A stretch of DNA of 35,540 nucleotides from a virus: positions 1-35,540 of IMG/VR virus record IMGVR_UViG_3300019487_000015. One strand, 5' to 3'. The notes beneath the pieces are model-generated. The model ran no database searches. It saw nothing but the letters and a program-made list of their open reading frames with translations, and was not told the DNA's origin. Below, piece after piece: positions 1 through 7,143 of this stretch. Numbering within the stretch: position 1 is the stretch's first letter; the number at the start of each line of letters is the position of its first letter. Both the position numbers and the translations under genes were made by a program.

Positions 1-123
1 GGTGTTAAGCTCTCCAAGACAGTACGTAAAGGAGAAATCGACTACTCATCCATTCCAGCTCTAAAAGGGAAAAATTTAGAGATGTACAGAAAGAGTCCTG
101 TTGAGTTCTGGAGGCTTTCACGA
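1..123. repeat. terminal overlap, copy 1 (identical to 35418..35540)
   Basis: GGTGTTAAGCTCTCCAAGACAG...GGAGGCTTTCACGA is present at both window ends, 123/123 identical by eye. Confidence 0.95.
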
Positions 124-147
124 GAGAAGCGTCCTACTGGCGAATAG
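1..147 (+). CDS. 3' end of YqaJ/lambda-Exo-type recombination exonuclease gene (same gene as 34695..35540, rejoined across the circular junction)
   Basis: Frame 1 is open from base 1 (GVKLSKTVRKGEIDYSSIPALKGKNLEMYRKSPVEFWRLSREKRPTGE*) to TAG at 145-147. Bases 1-123 are identical to 35418-35540, which is in frame with the ATG at 34695. Confidence 0.85.
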   Translation, partial: GVKLSKTVRKGEIDYSSIPALKGKNLEMYRKSPVEFWRLSREKRPTGE

Positions 148-175
148 GACAATTTTATAATAATATTGAACGCAG

Positions 176-225
176 TCCCACATCGGTATCATTTGATACC
201 GCGATACTGATGTGGGGATTTTTTA
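176..225 (+). terminator. rho-independent terminator of the + strand early (recombination) operon
   Basis: Outer stem CCCACATC (177-184) / GATGTGGG (209-216) encloses a perfect inner hairpin GGTATC-ATTT-GATACC (185-200). A T6 run follows (219-224). It lies about 30 nt after the exonuclease stop. Confidence 0.6.
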
Positions 226-238
226 TCTGGGAGTTATA

Positions 239-454
239 ATGAAAAAATATTCAGAGAATAAAGAAGGTACATGGAAAGACCTTCGAAATAAAGAAGAGTT
301 TAACGAGTTTGTCGAAGAGATAAAATCTGGGATTGAAGAATGCTGCGAAAAAGTAGAAGAAAAAGAACTTGGTAAGTTTGAAGAACATATTATCGCGACT
401 CAAGAAAAAAAGAGCAAAGCGTTTACATCGAACAACCTTGCGGCAACATCTTAG
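239..454 (+). CDS. hypothetical small acidic (E/K-rich) protein, 71 aa
   Basis: The ATG at 239 is preceded by GGGAG (229-233). The longer track ORF start at 212 lies inside the terminator stem and is unlikely. I recognise no motif. Confidence 0.5.
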   Translation: MKKYSENKEGTWKDLRNKEEFNEFVEEIKSGIEECCEKVEEKELGKFEEHIIATQEKKSKAFTSNNLAATS

Positions 455-563
455 TGATGATTCAGCCAAAAATATTTCATGAATTTATGGCAAATCCTGC
501 TCTGAGAGTACGAGGCAGACCTACAAAATAGAAATAATATCATGTAAGAAATAGATTTTGTCT

Positions 564-968
564 TCACGCACACTTTCTTTGCATCAATTTCCTGACGTCA
601 TGGAAAGAAGATGGATCGTGTTTGAACCAGTTTGCAATATCTGCAGGTATATACATGCGCTCTTTAGGATATTTTACAGATCCTTTTGGTCTACCAGATC
701 GAGGACGATAACCACCTTTTCCCTTGGTTTTCTTTTCAACGAACTCATCCAGGTTGCCTTTCATGCGTTCTTTAAGAAATTCCTTAAGGTACAGAGGATA
801 TTTGCTTACAACTTCCTCTGGAGAATTGCCGCCGCATTCAACCGGATATAACCTATGTGAAAACCCCCACTCATTTATCTCATCATCAAACCAAGGTTCA
901 ATCTGACCAATTTCGGCGAGAGCTTTTGCTAGCTCTTTTTCAATTTCTTTTGCGGAGGCCATGACCAT
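564..968 (-). CDS. hicB: HicB-like antitoxin (UPF0150-type N-domain plus basic C-terminal tail)
   Basis: The segment EWGFSHRLYPVECGGNSPEEVVSKYPLYLKEFLKE resembles the HicB N-terminal fold motif (..GC.t.G.t.eEa...). The SD AAGGAAAGGAA lies before the ATG. The gene overlaps the 3' end of the upstream small toxin-like ORF, a typical TA operon arrangement. Confidence 0.55.
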   Translation of the reverse strand: MVMASAKEIEKELAKALAEIGQIEPWFDDEINEWGFSHRLYPVECGGNSPEEVVSKYPLYLKEFLKERMKGNLDEFVEKKTKGKGGYRPRSGRPKGSVKYPKERMYIPADIANWFKHDPSSFHDVRKLMQRKCA

Positions 969-1177
969 TTCCTTTCTTTAAATGCGTTTTCTACTTTTCT
1001 TACACTTCTCGCGGTAACTTCAGTCTTTGTCTGGCTTCCATGACTGATTTGAATGGTACAGATGAAAGCCCCAGTATCACTGTATAAGTTCCAGTCCACG
1101 CCACCTTTTTCAAGTCTCCATCCGACCATTTCGATGTATTTTTTGAAGACCTGTGGGGACATAGGCTTATACGGCAT
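929..1177 (-). CDS. hicA: HicA-like (YcfA family) small toxin candidate, 82 aa
   Basis: It is small and is the first gene of a two-gene operon with the HicB-like ORF. The pattern K..IE..GW.LEKGG....Y...G.....IQISHG....EVTARSVRKV is loosely HicA-like (GW, conserved His, C-terminal basic helix). The canonical GSH is absent, so the call is tentative. Confidence 0.45.
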   Translation of the reverse strand: MPYKPMSPQVFKKYIEMVGWRLEKGGVDWNLYSDTGAFICTIQISHGSQTKTEVTARSVRKVENAFKERKWSWPPQKKLKKS

Positions 1178-1192
1178 ACCGCCTCTCCCTGT

Positions 1193-1221
1193 ATTATAGC
1201 AATGTTAGGTTTTTTAGTCTA
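1193..1221 (-). promoter_or_regulatory. sigma70-type promoter candidate for the hicAB-like operon
   Basis: On the minus strand: TAGACT (1221-1216), a 17-nt spacer, then a perfect TATAAT (1198-1193). GGGAGAGG SD and the ATG at 1177 follow. Confidence 0.5.
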
Positions 1222-1277
1222 AAAAATCAATGGATTTAATGCAAGAGACATTGTTCAGGAGAGGCGCAGCATGAACA

Positions 1278-1300
1278 ACGTTACGGTAGTAACGTACGTT
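1278..1300. repeat. inverted repeat / palindrome cluster in the recombinase-upstream region
   Basis: ACGTTAC-GGTA-GTAACGT (1278-1295) overlaps a perfect 10-bp palindrome AACGTACGTT (1291-1300). It lies inside a 14-codon ORF (1271-1315, MNNVTVVTYVIVGY) that has a strong SD, AGGAGAGG, at 1257-1264. Confidence 0.6.
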
Positions 1301-1355
1301 ATCGTTGGCTATTAAAATTCTCATGGTGTTCATGGTCAATGATTTAATGTTTCGA

Positions 1356-1393
1356 GTTACCTAACCTTACTGAGATAGGGTTACCTAACCTTA
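1356..1393 (+). repeat. two exact 14-bp direct repeats GTTACCTAACCTTA (candidate recombinase/partition-protein binding sites)
   Basis: The copies lie at 1356-1369 and 1380-1393, with starts 24 bp apart, in the 430-bp ORF-free region upstream of the serine recombinase gene. Confidence 0.7.
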
Positions 1394-1521
1394 AGTTTTC
1401 TCCGAGTGGTTGAACTTTTTTTGCCATTTTATCTCTGAACAGAGGCAAAAGCAGGGGGAGTATCTCTCGTAAAATCATAATTTTCTAGTCTTTTTTTTAA
1501 CTGATAAACATACCCAAACAA

Positions 1522-1552
1522 CATGTCGATTTGTCGTTGAAAAATCGAGATG
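1522..1552. repeat. 11-bp inverted repeat (1 mismatch) about 60 bp upstream of the recombinase start
   Basis: CATGTCGATTT (1522-1532) / AAATCGAGATG (1542-1552), with a 9-nt centre. Confidence 0.55.
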
Positions 1553-1610
1553 TTTCGTTAAACTACCGCACGGTTATTTAACAAGCCCACCATGAAAAGG
1601 AAAATCTTTA

Positions 1611-2300
1611 ATGAAATTCAAAGCATATTTACGTGTCAGCACTGACCAACAAGCGGAATTTGGATTCGGTCTGGATGCCCAGAAAATCGCCTGCGAAAAT
1701 TACGCTAGGAAGTTCAATAGGGTAGTCGACCAATTTTATGTGGATGATGGATACAGTGCAGCATTACCTATTGATAAGCGTCCAGCACTACTCCAGGCCA
1801 TGATTTCGATTGAGAAAGATGATGTTATTCTTGTTGCGAAAAGGGATAGATTGGGCCGAGATGTGGTTCTCGTGGCACTTATAGAAAACGAGATTAAGAG
1901 AAAAGGCGGAAAGGTCATTTCACTTGCCGGTGAGGGCACTGATAACGATGATCCTTCTTCATTGCTGATGCGTAGAATCGTTGACTCCTTTGGAGAATAT
2001 GAGAGGAATATAATCAAAGCACGCACGAAAGCTGCCATGGCTGTAAAAAAGGGGAGAAATGAGCGAGTAGGATATATCCCTTACGGGAAAAAATTATCCG
2101 ATGATGGCACCCATTTAGAGGCTAACGATGAGGAACAAAGCGTCATTCAAGTCATCAAAGATCTACGTTCTGAAGGAATGGCATTTCGCAAGATTGCCTC
2201 ACACCTAAACCAAAACAGGATTTTCAATAGGTCAGGTCGTTCCTGGAATCACGTAAGTGTATTCATTTTGATTTCTAAAATCAGCCAATTTAACATTTAA
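1611..2300 (+). CDS. serine recombinase (resolvase/invertase catalytic domain plus a partial 'recombinase' domain), 229 aa
   Basis: The N-terminal KAYLRVSTDQQ carries the catalytic Ser in the Y-x-R-V-S-T-x-x-Q motif. VAKRDRLGRD is also present. The C-terminal GYIPYGKK...EEQSVIQVIKDLRSEGMAFRKIASHLN...GRSW resembles the beginning of the large-serine-recombinase recombinase domain, but the ORF stops there. Confidence 0.85.
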   Translation: MKFKAYLRVSTDQQAEFGFGLDAQKIACENYARKFNRVVDQFYVDDGYSAALPIDKRPALLQAMISIEKDDVILVAKRDRLGRDVVLVALIENEIKRKGGKVISLAGEGTDNDDPSSLLMRRIVDSFGEYERNIIKARTKAAMAVKKGRNERVGYIPYGKKLSDDGTHLEANDEEQSVIQVIKDLRSEGMAFRKIASHLNQNRIFNRSGRSWNHVSVFILISKISQFNI

Positions 2301-2411
2301 ACGATGCTAAAGTAACATCATTTTAACGCAAGAAATAATTTCATTGATCTTTATTTTTTGCGCCATTATGCTGTCACGATGAAATCAAAATAACGACAAG
2401 GAGGCATAAAA

Positions 2412-3056
2412 ATGATTGTAGCGTTAGGTGGGATTAAAGGAGGGTGTGGCAAGACGACCATAGCTACAAATTTGACTGTGATTCGGTCAATTATGGACGG
2501 AAACAGGGTGCTTTTAGTCGATGCTGACGAACAACATTCTACTAGCGAATGGGCAGAACATCGAGAATCTTTAGGAATCGATACCCCTTGGACAACAATT
2601 AAGCTTTCAGGACACTCTGTGCGTACTCAAGTATTTAAAATGGGCCATGATTATGATGATGTCATTATTGATACTGGCGGTCGAGATACCACGAGTCAGA
2701 GGGCTGCCATGTCCATTGCTGATGTATTCATCACACCTTTTCAACCAAGAAGTTTGGATGTTTGGACTATAGGCAAGGTGATAGATCTTATAAACGAAAT
2801 GCGCGCTGCCAATCCCGGGCTTATTTCTTATGCAGTCATTAATCGCGCAGATTCTCAGGGAAAAGATAACGAAGATGCGGCCGAAATAATCAAGGAAAGC
2901 TTTGGAAATGGCTGGATTCCGATAACGATCGGCCAACGAAAAGCTTTCTCTAATGCTGCTAGCGAAGGATTAGGGGTGATTGAATTAAAGGTAGCTGATA
3001 AGAAGGCAATGACGGAAATCAAACAGTTAAATGACTATATTTTTAATGCCAAATAG
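2412..3056 (+). CDS. parA: ParA-type partition ATPase (small, ParF/IncC-like), 214 aa
   Basis: It has the deviant Walker A GGIKGGCGKTT, then LLVDADEQHS and VIIDTGG. A strong SD, AAGGAGG, lies upstream. Confidence 0.9.
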   Translation: MIVALGGIKGGCGKTTIATNLTVIRSIMDGNRVLLVDADEQHSTSEWAEHRESLGIDTPWTTIKLSGHSVRTQVFKMGHDYDDVIIDTGGRDTTSQRAAMSIADVFITPFQPRSLDVWTIGKVIDLINEMRAANPGLISYAVINRADSQGKDNEDAAEIIKESFGNGWIPITIGQRKAFSNAASEGLGVIELKVADKKAMTEIKQLNDYIFNAK

Positions 3057-3100
3057 GTATATTTATAACGGAATAAAGCTATCAAACATATGGTAAAGTG

Positions 3101-3343
3101 ATGTCAGTCAAGAAAAAGCAAATGGTCCATAAAATTGATGAGAAACTCATCGAAAATGCTATAAATAAAGGCGCGAAAACTAAGGTAGAGTCATCTCAAG
3201 GAGAAGACGAGGAAAACATCCTCTTTACATTACGAATTCCACGCTCTCTTATGGACAAGATCGATGAAATGAGGAAGAAAAAGGTAGGCAAAGTATCCAA
3301 GAATCAGTTTATATTAGAAACTCTTTACGAAAAGGTTAAGTAA
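3101..3343 (+). CDS. ribbon-helix-helix (CopG/ParG-like) protein, probable centromere-binding partner of ParA
   Basis: The C-terminal FTLRIPRSLMDKIDEMRKK...SKNQFILETLYEKV has a strand-helix-helix layout. It lies immediately downstream of parA. The ATG at 3101 is preferred to the GTG at 3098. Confidence 0.6.
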   Translation: MSVKKKQMVHKIDEKLIENAINKGAKTKVESSQGEDEENILFTLRIPRSLMDKIDEMRKKKVGKVSKNQFILETLYEKVK

Positions 3344-3346
3344 TTT

Positions 3347-3535
3347 ATGGACACCCAGTTGATTTTATTTGATGAAATTAAAGAAGATCAGTTTTTTAGA
3401 GAGCTCGAATGTGTTAAGCAGCAATCAGAAAAAATAAGGAAAAGTCTTTTTGCGAAATATACTGAACTTATGAGCTTATATTTAGAACAGAAAGACGAGA
3501 TAGAAATGTTAAAACAAAAAATATCAAAAACCTAA
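3347..3535 (+). CDS. hypothetical coiled-coil protein, 62 aa
   Basis: An ORF 3 nt after the RHH gene stop. It has heptad-like charged sequence and no recognisable motif. Confidence 0.4.
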   Translation: MDTQLILFDEIKEDQFFRELECVKQQSEKIRKSLFAKYTELMSLYLEQKDEIEMLKQKISKT

Positions 3536-3543
3536 TATTTATT

Positions 3544-3762
3544 CTATGGATCACTAAGGTTCTCTTCGTCTTTCTGAAACAACCTATCTTCTAAATAATT
3601 TATTCTATTATGCATGTCGTATATAATAAAATATATATTATCTATTTCAAAGCGATCTTCCTGAATGGCTTGTGCTAAAGCTTTCGGCGTGGGTTCTTTT
3701 TTTCTTTCTTTGGCATGCAGTGGTACTAAAAATAGAAGTGATACAAGAATATATTTTAACAT
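3544..3762 (-). CDS. small secreted/membrane-anchored protein, 72 aa (last gene of the minus-strand train)
   Basis: The internal ATG at 3762 has the SD GAGAGGAA. The N-terminus MLKYILVSLLFLVPLHA looks like a signal peptide or anchor and is followed by a charged region. Confidence 0.5.
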   Translation of the reverse strand: MLKYILVSLLFLVPLHAKERKKEPTPKALAQAIQEDRFEIDNIYFIIYDMHNRINYLEDRLFQKDEENLSDP

Positions 3763-3857
3763 TGTAATTCCTCTCGAGTTAGCCATTATTTAAAATCGTA
3801 ATCTAGCCAGATTTAAGCATTTCTGCAATTGATTTATCCGCTTGACCAGAGAGAATC

Positions 3858-4178
3858 CTATGACATCCCATTTCTTCTTCTTTCTTTCTCGCGTATTTTC
3901 TCTTCTCTCTTAGATCGCGACTCATAATCGGGTTGTGCGAAGATGAGCTCTGCAAATTGATCAGGATCCGTTGGAATTGATTGAACCCTCGTACGCAACT
4001 TAGGTTCCCACTCTTTTTTCAGCCTATCAAAGCATCTTTCGTATTTGTGAGTGAGAATGTAATGTAAGCGTCGTTCCATATCTTCCTGGAAGATTTCATC
4101 ATGTATGTCGTTTTTTATGACTTTCTTCTGAGTCTCAGTGAGAGATAAGACTTCTTTTCCATCGCAATGCACTTTCAT
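3858..4178 (-). CDS. hypothetical protein downstream of the fibre gene (possible fibre assembly factor, by position only)
   Basis: A strong SD, AAGGAG, lies before the ATG at 4178. The protein is 106 aa with a charged C-terminal tail. I recognise no motif. Confidence 0.55.
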   Translation of the reverse strand: MKVHCDGKEVLSLTETQKKVIKNDIHDEIFQEDMERRLHYILTHKYERCFDRLKKEWEPKLRTRVQSIPTDPDQFAELIFAQPDYESRSKREEKIREKERRRNGMS

Positions 4179-4188
4179 TTTTTACTCC

Positions 4189-5787
4189 TTAACAAGCTAA
4201 ATATCCCGACACATGAGTGTATGGCTGTGCTTTTACATCGACTGTTTGTGTTCCAACACCACATATAATTTTAAATGTTGCTGTATCTGCAGCGTCCATA
4301 TCTCCTAACACAGAGAGGTCATTGTTATAAAATACGCTTCCGTTTTCAAGCAGATCGGATCCTCTGAGTTCTCTGTTTGATAGAACAATTTGTGCTTCAA
4401 TATAAGCATCGTCAACAGAGGCGGGACCTGTAGCACAGTTCCAGTTAAGTTGATATCTCCCTGTTACAGGTGCCGTAAAGATTCCAGTGGCATTGTTATA
4501 ATCACCATTCTGATCGAAAATTTCAGTGTTGCACACCACTGTATAAAGAACGTTATTTCCTGTAACGTTTGATTGTTCTGAAGAAAGAACAGCTAGGAAC
4601 GCGGGTTGTAGAGGGTAGTTTATTTCACCAGCTGTTGAAGCACGCATGATATTCGTGGTGCCTAAAGTAGCATTGGCTGAAATAGCAAATGCATCTGAAT
4701 CTGAATTATCAGCTCCCCACGTCCATGTAGTAGCACCAGTGACTATTGATTGATAGAATGGGTCTCCGGCAGAGGTTCCTGCTACGGAGGCCGCTATGCT
4801 TGCCTGAGAGTTTGCTGTATCTGATGCATTCGTAACTATTAGGGCATTCGTGGCGCCGGAGTTTGTAGAGCCAATAGTGGTGCTTGGGCCTGTATTTAAG
4901 ACCGTCTTGGTGGTGGTGGTTATATTCGATGAGCTAGAAAATGAAAGATCAGTGAAAAGAACCGAACCAGCGCCTGCAATTGCAGCGGTGTTAGTGCTGA
5001 ATATGTGAGTTTGTGTCACATAGACATTCGTTCCAGCTCCAACGCTAATTGCGCTTGCTGTGCCAGAGAAAAGTTGGCAGCCTTGAATGTTATTGGATCC
5101 TGTTCCTGCAGTTGTTATCCACGTGGTATTTATAGAACTGTCAAATGTACCAAAACGACTTCCCTGTATATGAATTTGTCCGCTACTTGATGTCGTAAGT
5201 GGGAAGTACAACACGCTATTCATCACATGAATTCCACCAGAACTTGAAGTAGAAGTTGCGGGTGTCCCTGCAAAATCTATGAATAAGCTGTTCTTAATCC
5301 AGATCGATGCATTCGTTGTGGTAAAAATCGTTCTTGTATTAGCTATGTTTCCTGAGCAATTTTCAATATAGAAATTTGTCGATCCGTCGCCAGTCGCGCT
5401 AATAGAATTGGCATCGGCAGCGTTAAAATAGCAATCTTGACAAGTTATTTCTGAAGCGTTCCCCGTCAATGCAAACGAATTGTCACCATTAGTCGTAAAC
5501 TTAATACCAAAGAAAAGCACACTAAGACTATTGGAGGATACGGTGATTTTTCCCGTTATCGTAACATTTGGAGAATTTCGCATTTCAGGAGTATAAGCTG
5601 CAAAAGTAAGTCCCTTACCAACAGTAATATTCTCTGTGTAGGTTCCTGGCTTAATGAATATCGTATCCCCTGTAGAAGCAGCCGTAATGGCTGCAGCAAT
5701 TGTAGTGTGCGTCGCACCATCAGAAATGTTTGCAGAAACAATCCACTTTGCTGTTGCAAACTTACTGTCATTAGTTTGAGCTGTCAT
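4189..5787 (-). CDS. tail fibre/spike: pectate-lyase-like right-handed beta-helix with a C-terminal C1q/TNF-like globular head, 532 aa
   Basis: The start ATG at 5787 overlaps the upstream stop (ATGA). The N-terminal region ...AITAASTGDTIFIKPGTYTENITVGKGLTF... is typical of beta-helix (pectin-lyase fold) spikes. The last ~144 aa contain D-x4-Y-x6-F-x5-G-x-Y-x-L (DQNGDYNNATGIFTAPVTGRYQL), which matches the core of the C1q signature. Confidence 0.75.
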   Translation of the reverse strand: MTAQTNDSKFATAKWIVSANISDGATHTTIAAAITAASTGDTIFIKPGTYTENITVGKGLTFAAYTPEMRNSPNVTITGKITVSSNSLSVLFFGIKFTTNGDNSFALTGNASEITCQDCYFNAADANSISATGDGSTNFYIENCSGNIANTRTIFTTTNASIWIKNSLFIDFAGTPATSTSSSGGIHVMNSVLYFPLTTSSSGQIHIQGSRFGTFDSSINTTWITTAGTGSNNIQGCQLFSGTASAISVGAGTNVYVTQTHIFSTNTAAIAGAGSVLFTDLSFSSSSNITTTTKTVLNTGPSTTIGSTNSGATNALIVTNASDTANSQASIAASVAGTSAGDPFYQSIVTGATTWTWGADNSDSDAFAISANATLGTTNIMRASTAGEINYPLQPAFLAVLSSEQSNVTGNNVLYTVVCNTEIFDQNGDYNNATGIFTAPVTGRYQLNWNCATGPASVDDAYIEAQIVLSNRELRGSDLLENGSVFYNNDLSVLGDMDAADTATFKIICGVGTQTVDVKAQPYTHVSGYLAC

Positions 5788-7142
5788 GCTAATACCCATA
5801 CCCCTATTGATGATGTTGCAAACCACACCGCACCAGATGCCCGATATCTCAATGTGAGAGAATCTCCTCTTGCGGAGCTAGTAGCAGTCCCTGCCGTTGA
5901 TGAGACAACATTGCCAAGCCTGATAATTTGCCCTGTATTGGCCGTTACAGCTACAGCACCTGTTGTATCGCAATTAATGACTACAAGCTCGCCTTGAGCG
6001 GGAGAAGCTGGTAAAGTGTAGGTTCCTGCATCTGTGGCAAAATAGCCATTATCAGAAGATAGAGTCGTGGCTGTAGTATCGGTAAATACCACGGAATTTA
6101 TCGTTACTGTACTACCTGTCGCGGACGTTGTTATTCCTGGGCCACCAGCTATTGTAAGTGCATTTGCTGCAGGTTGTGCGGATCCAGAGTCTGCATTGTA
6201 GGTTGTAGCTAACGTTGGGACCTCGGTCACATCAAAGTTAATGGTTAGAGTGCTTCCTGAACCCGCTGTATCTATCCCGTTAGATCCACCGACAATGTTC
6301 CAGTTTCCTGCAGTAGGGCTTAAGGCTCCACCAGTATCTCCTGTGATTGTTTGACCGACTGTAGAGCCATTGACAGCTACTGTAACAGTGGATCCAGCGC
6401 CAGATATTGAGATCCCGCTTCCGTTAGCGAAAGTCAATGCATTTGCTGCAGGTGTGGCGGTTCCTGATGGGGTTGGAAACGAGGTAGGTATTGTAGGAAC
6501 TTCAGTTACGTCAAAGGTAACTGTCACGTTATTAGATGCTCCAGAAGTGTCGATTCCAGTTCCACCGACAATATTGAAGGTATTAGTCGAAGGAGTAGCG
6601 GTTCCTGAATCTGTTCCTACTGATGTTGGGATTGCTGGTTGCTCGGTTACATCAAAATTAAGTGTGACTGTACTTCCAGATGCAGAAGTATCAATTCCAT
6701 TGGATCCGCCGGCAATAGTAAGAACGTTTGCTGCAGGTGTGGCGGTTCCTGAATCTGCAGCATATGTTGTAGCAACTGTAGGAACTTCGGTTACGTCAAA
6801 ATTAAATGTTACAGTGTTTCCTGAAGCCGATGTATCGATTCCATTCGTGCCACCAACTAAATTTAAAATGTTTGCTGCGGGGACAGCGCTTCCTGAGTCT
6901 GCTGTGAACGTCGTGGGGACTGAAGTTCCAGCTTCTAGGTTTATTGATCCAGGAGAATTTGTTATTGTTACTGTTCCACCAGATGATGTTAACGTCCCTT
7001 TTCGTACGTGTGGGCTTCCTGTCGAACCAATCCATAACTGTCCGTCAGTTGTCAGCTTTCCGCCGCGCTCTGTTCCATCAAAGCTTGCATTGTCTGCAAA
7101 CATTATGGACTCATCACCAGAAACATTTGAAAAACCCGGCAT
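5784..7142 (-). CDS. tail fibre protein with about six tandem ~46-aa repeats and a C-terminal receptor-binding-type domain, 452 aa
   Basis: The repeating unit is VPT..T.ADSG(S/T)A.PAAN.L...GG.NGIDTSASG.TVT(F/L)NFDVTE. The C-terminus ...YTLPASPAQGELVVINCDTTGA...SLTLRY...WF... has the same architecture as the C-terminus of the 768-aa protein. Confidence 0.8.
   Translation of the reverse strand: MPGFSNVSGDESIMFADNASFDGTERGGKLTTDGQLWIGSTGSPHVRKGTLTSSGGTVTITNSPGSINLEAGTSVPTTFTADSGSAVPAANILNLVGGTNGIDTSASGNTVTFNFDVTEVPTVATTYAADSGTATPAANVLTIAGGSNGIDTSASGSTVTLNFDVTEQPAIPTSVGTDSGTATPSTNTFNIVGGTGIDTSGASNNVTVTFDVTEVPTIPTSFPTPSGTATPAANALTFANGSGISISGAGSTVTVAVNGSTVGQTITGDTGGALSPTAGNWNIVGGSNGIDTAGSGSTLTINFDVTEVPTLATTYNADSGSAQPAANALTIAGGPGITTSATGSTVTINSVVFTDTTATTLSSDNGYFATDAGTYTLPASPAQGELVVINCDTTGAVAVTANTGQIIRLGNVVSSTAGTATSSARGDSLTLRYRASGAVWFATSSIGVWVLA
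6108..6935 (-). repeat. in-frame tandem coding repeats (about 135-145 bp period) inside the fibre gene
   Basis: The NFDVTEVP...ADSG..PAAN...GIDTSASG motif recurs about 6 times in the translated frame. The nucleotide copies are diverged but recognisable. Confidence 0.7.
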
Positions 7143-7143
7143 A

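Noticed and set aside
1-123. The terminal repeat interpreted as genuine T7-like direct terminal repeats marking physical genome ends.
   Set aside because: The repeat lies inside a protein-coding frame and would split the exonuclease gene in the linear form. The TerL looks PBSX/headful-type. A circular-assembly overlap is the simpler explanation. It remains testable with read-start analysis.
212-238. N-terminal extensions proposed by the longest-ORF track. Examples: 212 for the acidic ORF, 5826 for the C1q fibre, 10479 for the 768-aa protein, 28033 for the 76-aa ORF, 29498 for RusA, 30069 for the TM protein, and 3786 for the secreted protein.
   Set aside because: In each case an internal ATG has a good SD and/or an ATGA-type coupling to the upstream stop. 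The extension would overlap a terminator stem or an upstream gene, or would encode implausible Cys/Phe/Ile-rich sequence.
2301-2411. A search for a parS-like centromere repeat array immediately upstream or downstream of parA.
   Set aside because: Only weak, short inverted matches occur (TTTCAT/ATGAAA) and there are no convincing iterated sites. The clearer repeats are at 1356-1393 and are reported there instead.
3544-5787. Possible diversity-generating retroelement targeting the fibre tip (a variable C-terminal domain with a small accessory ORF downstream, as in BPP-1).
   Set aside because: There is no reverse transcriptase ORF (no YxDD-containing frame) anywhere on the closed genome. I found no template/variable repeat pair matching the 3' end of the fibre gene. 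The 106-aa downstream ORF does not look like an Avd four-helix bundle.
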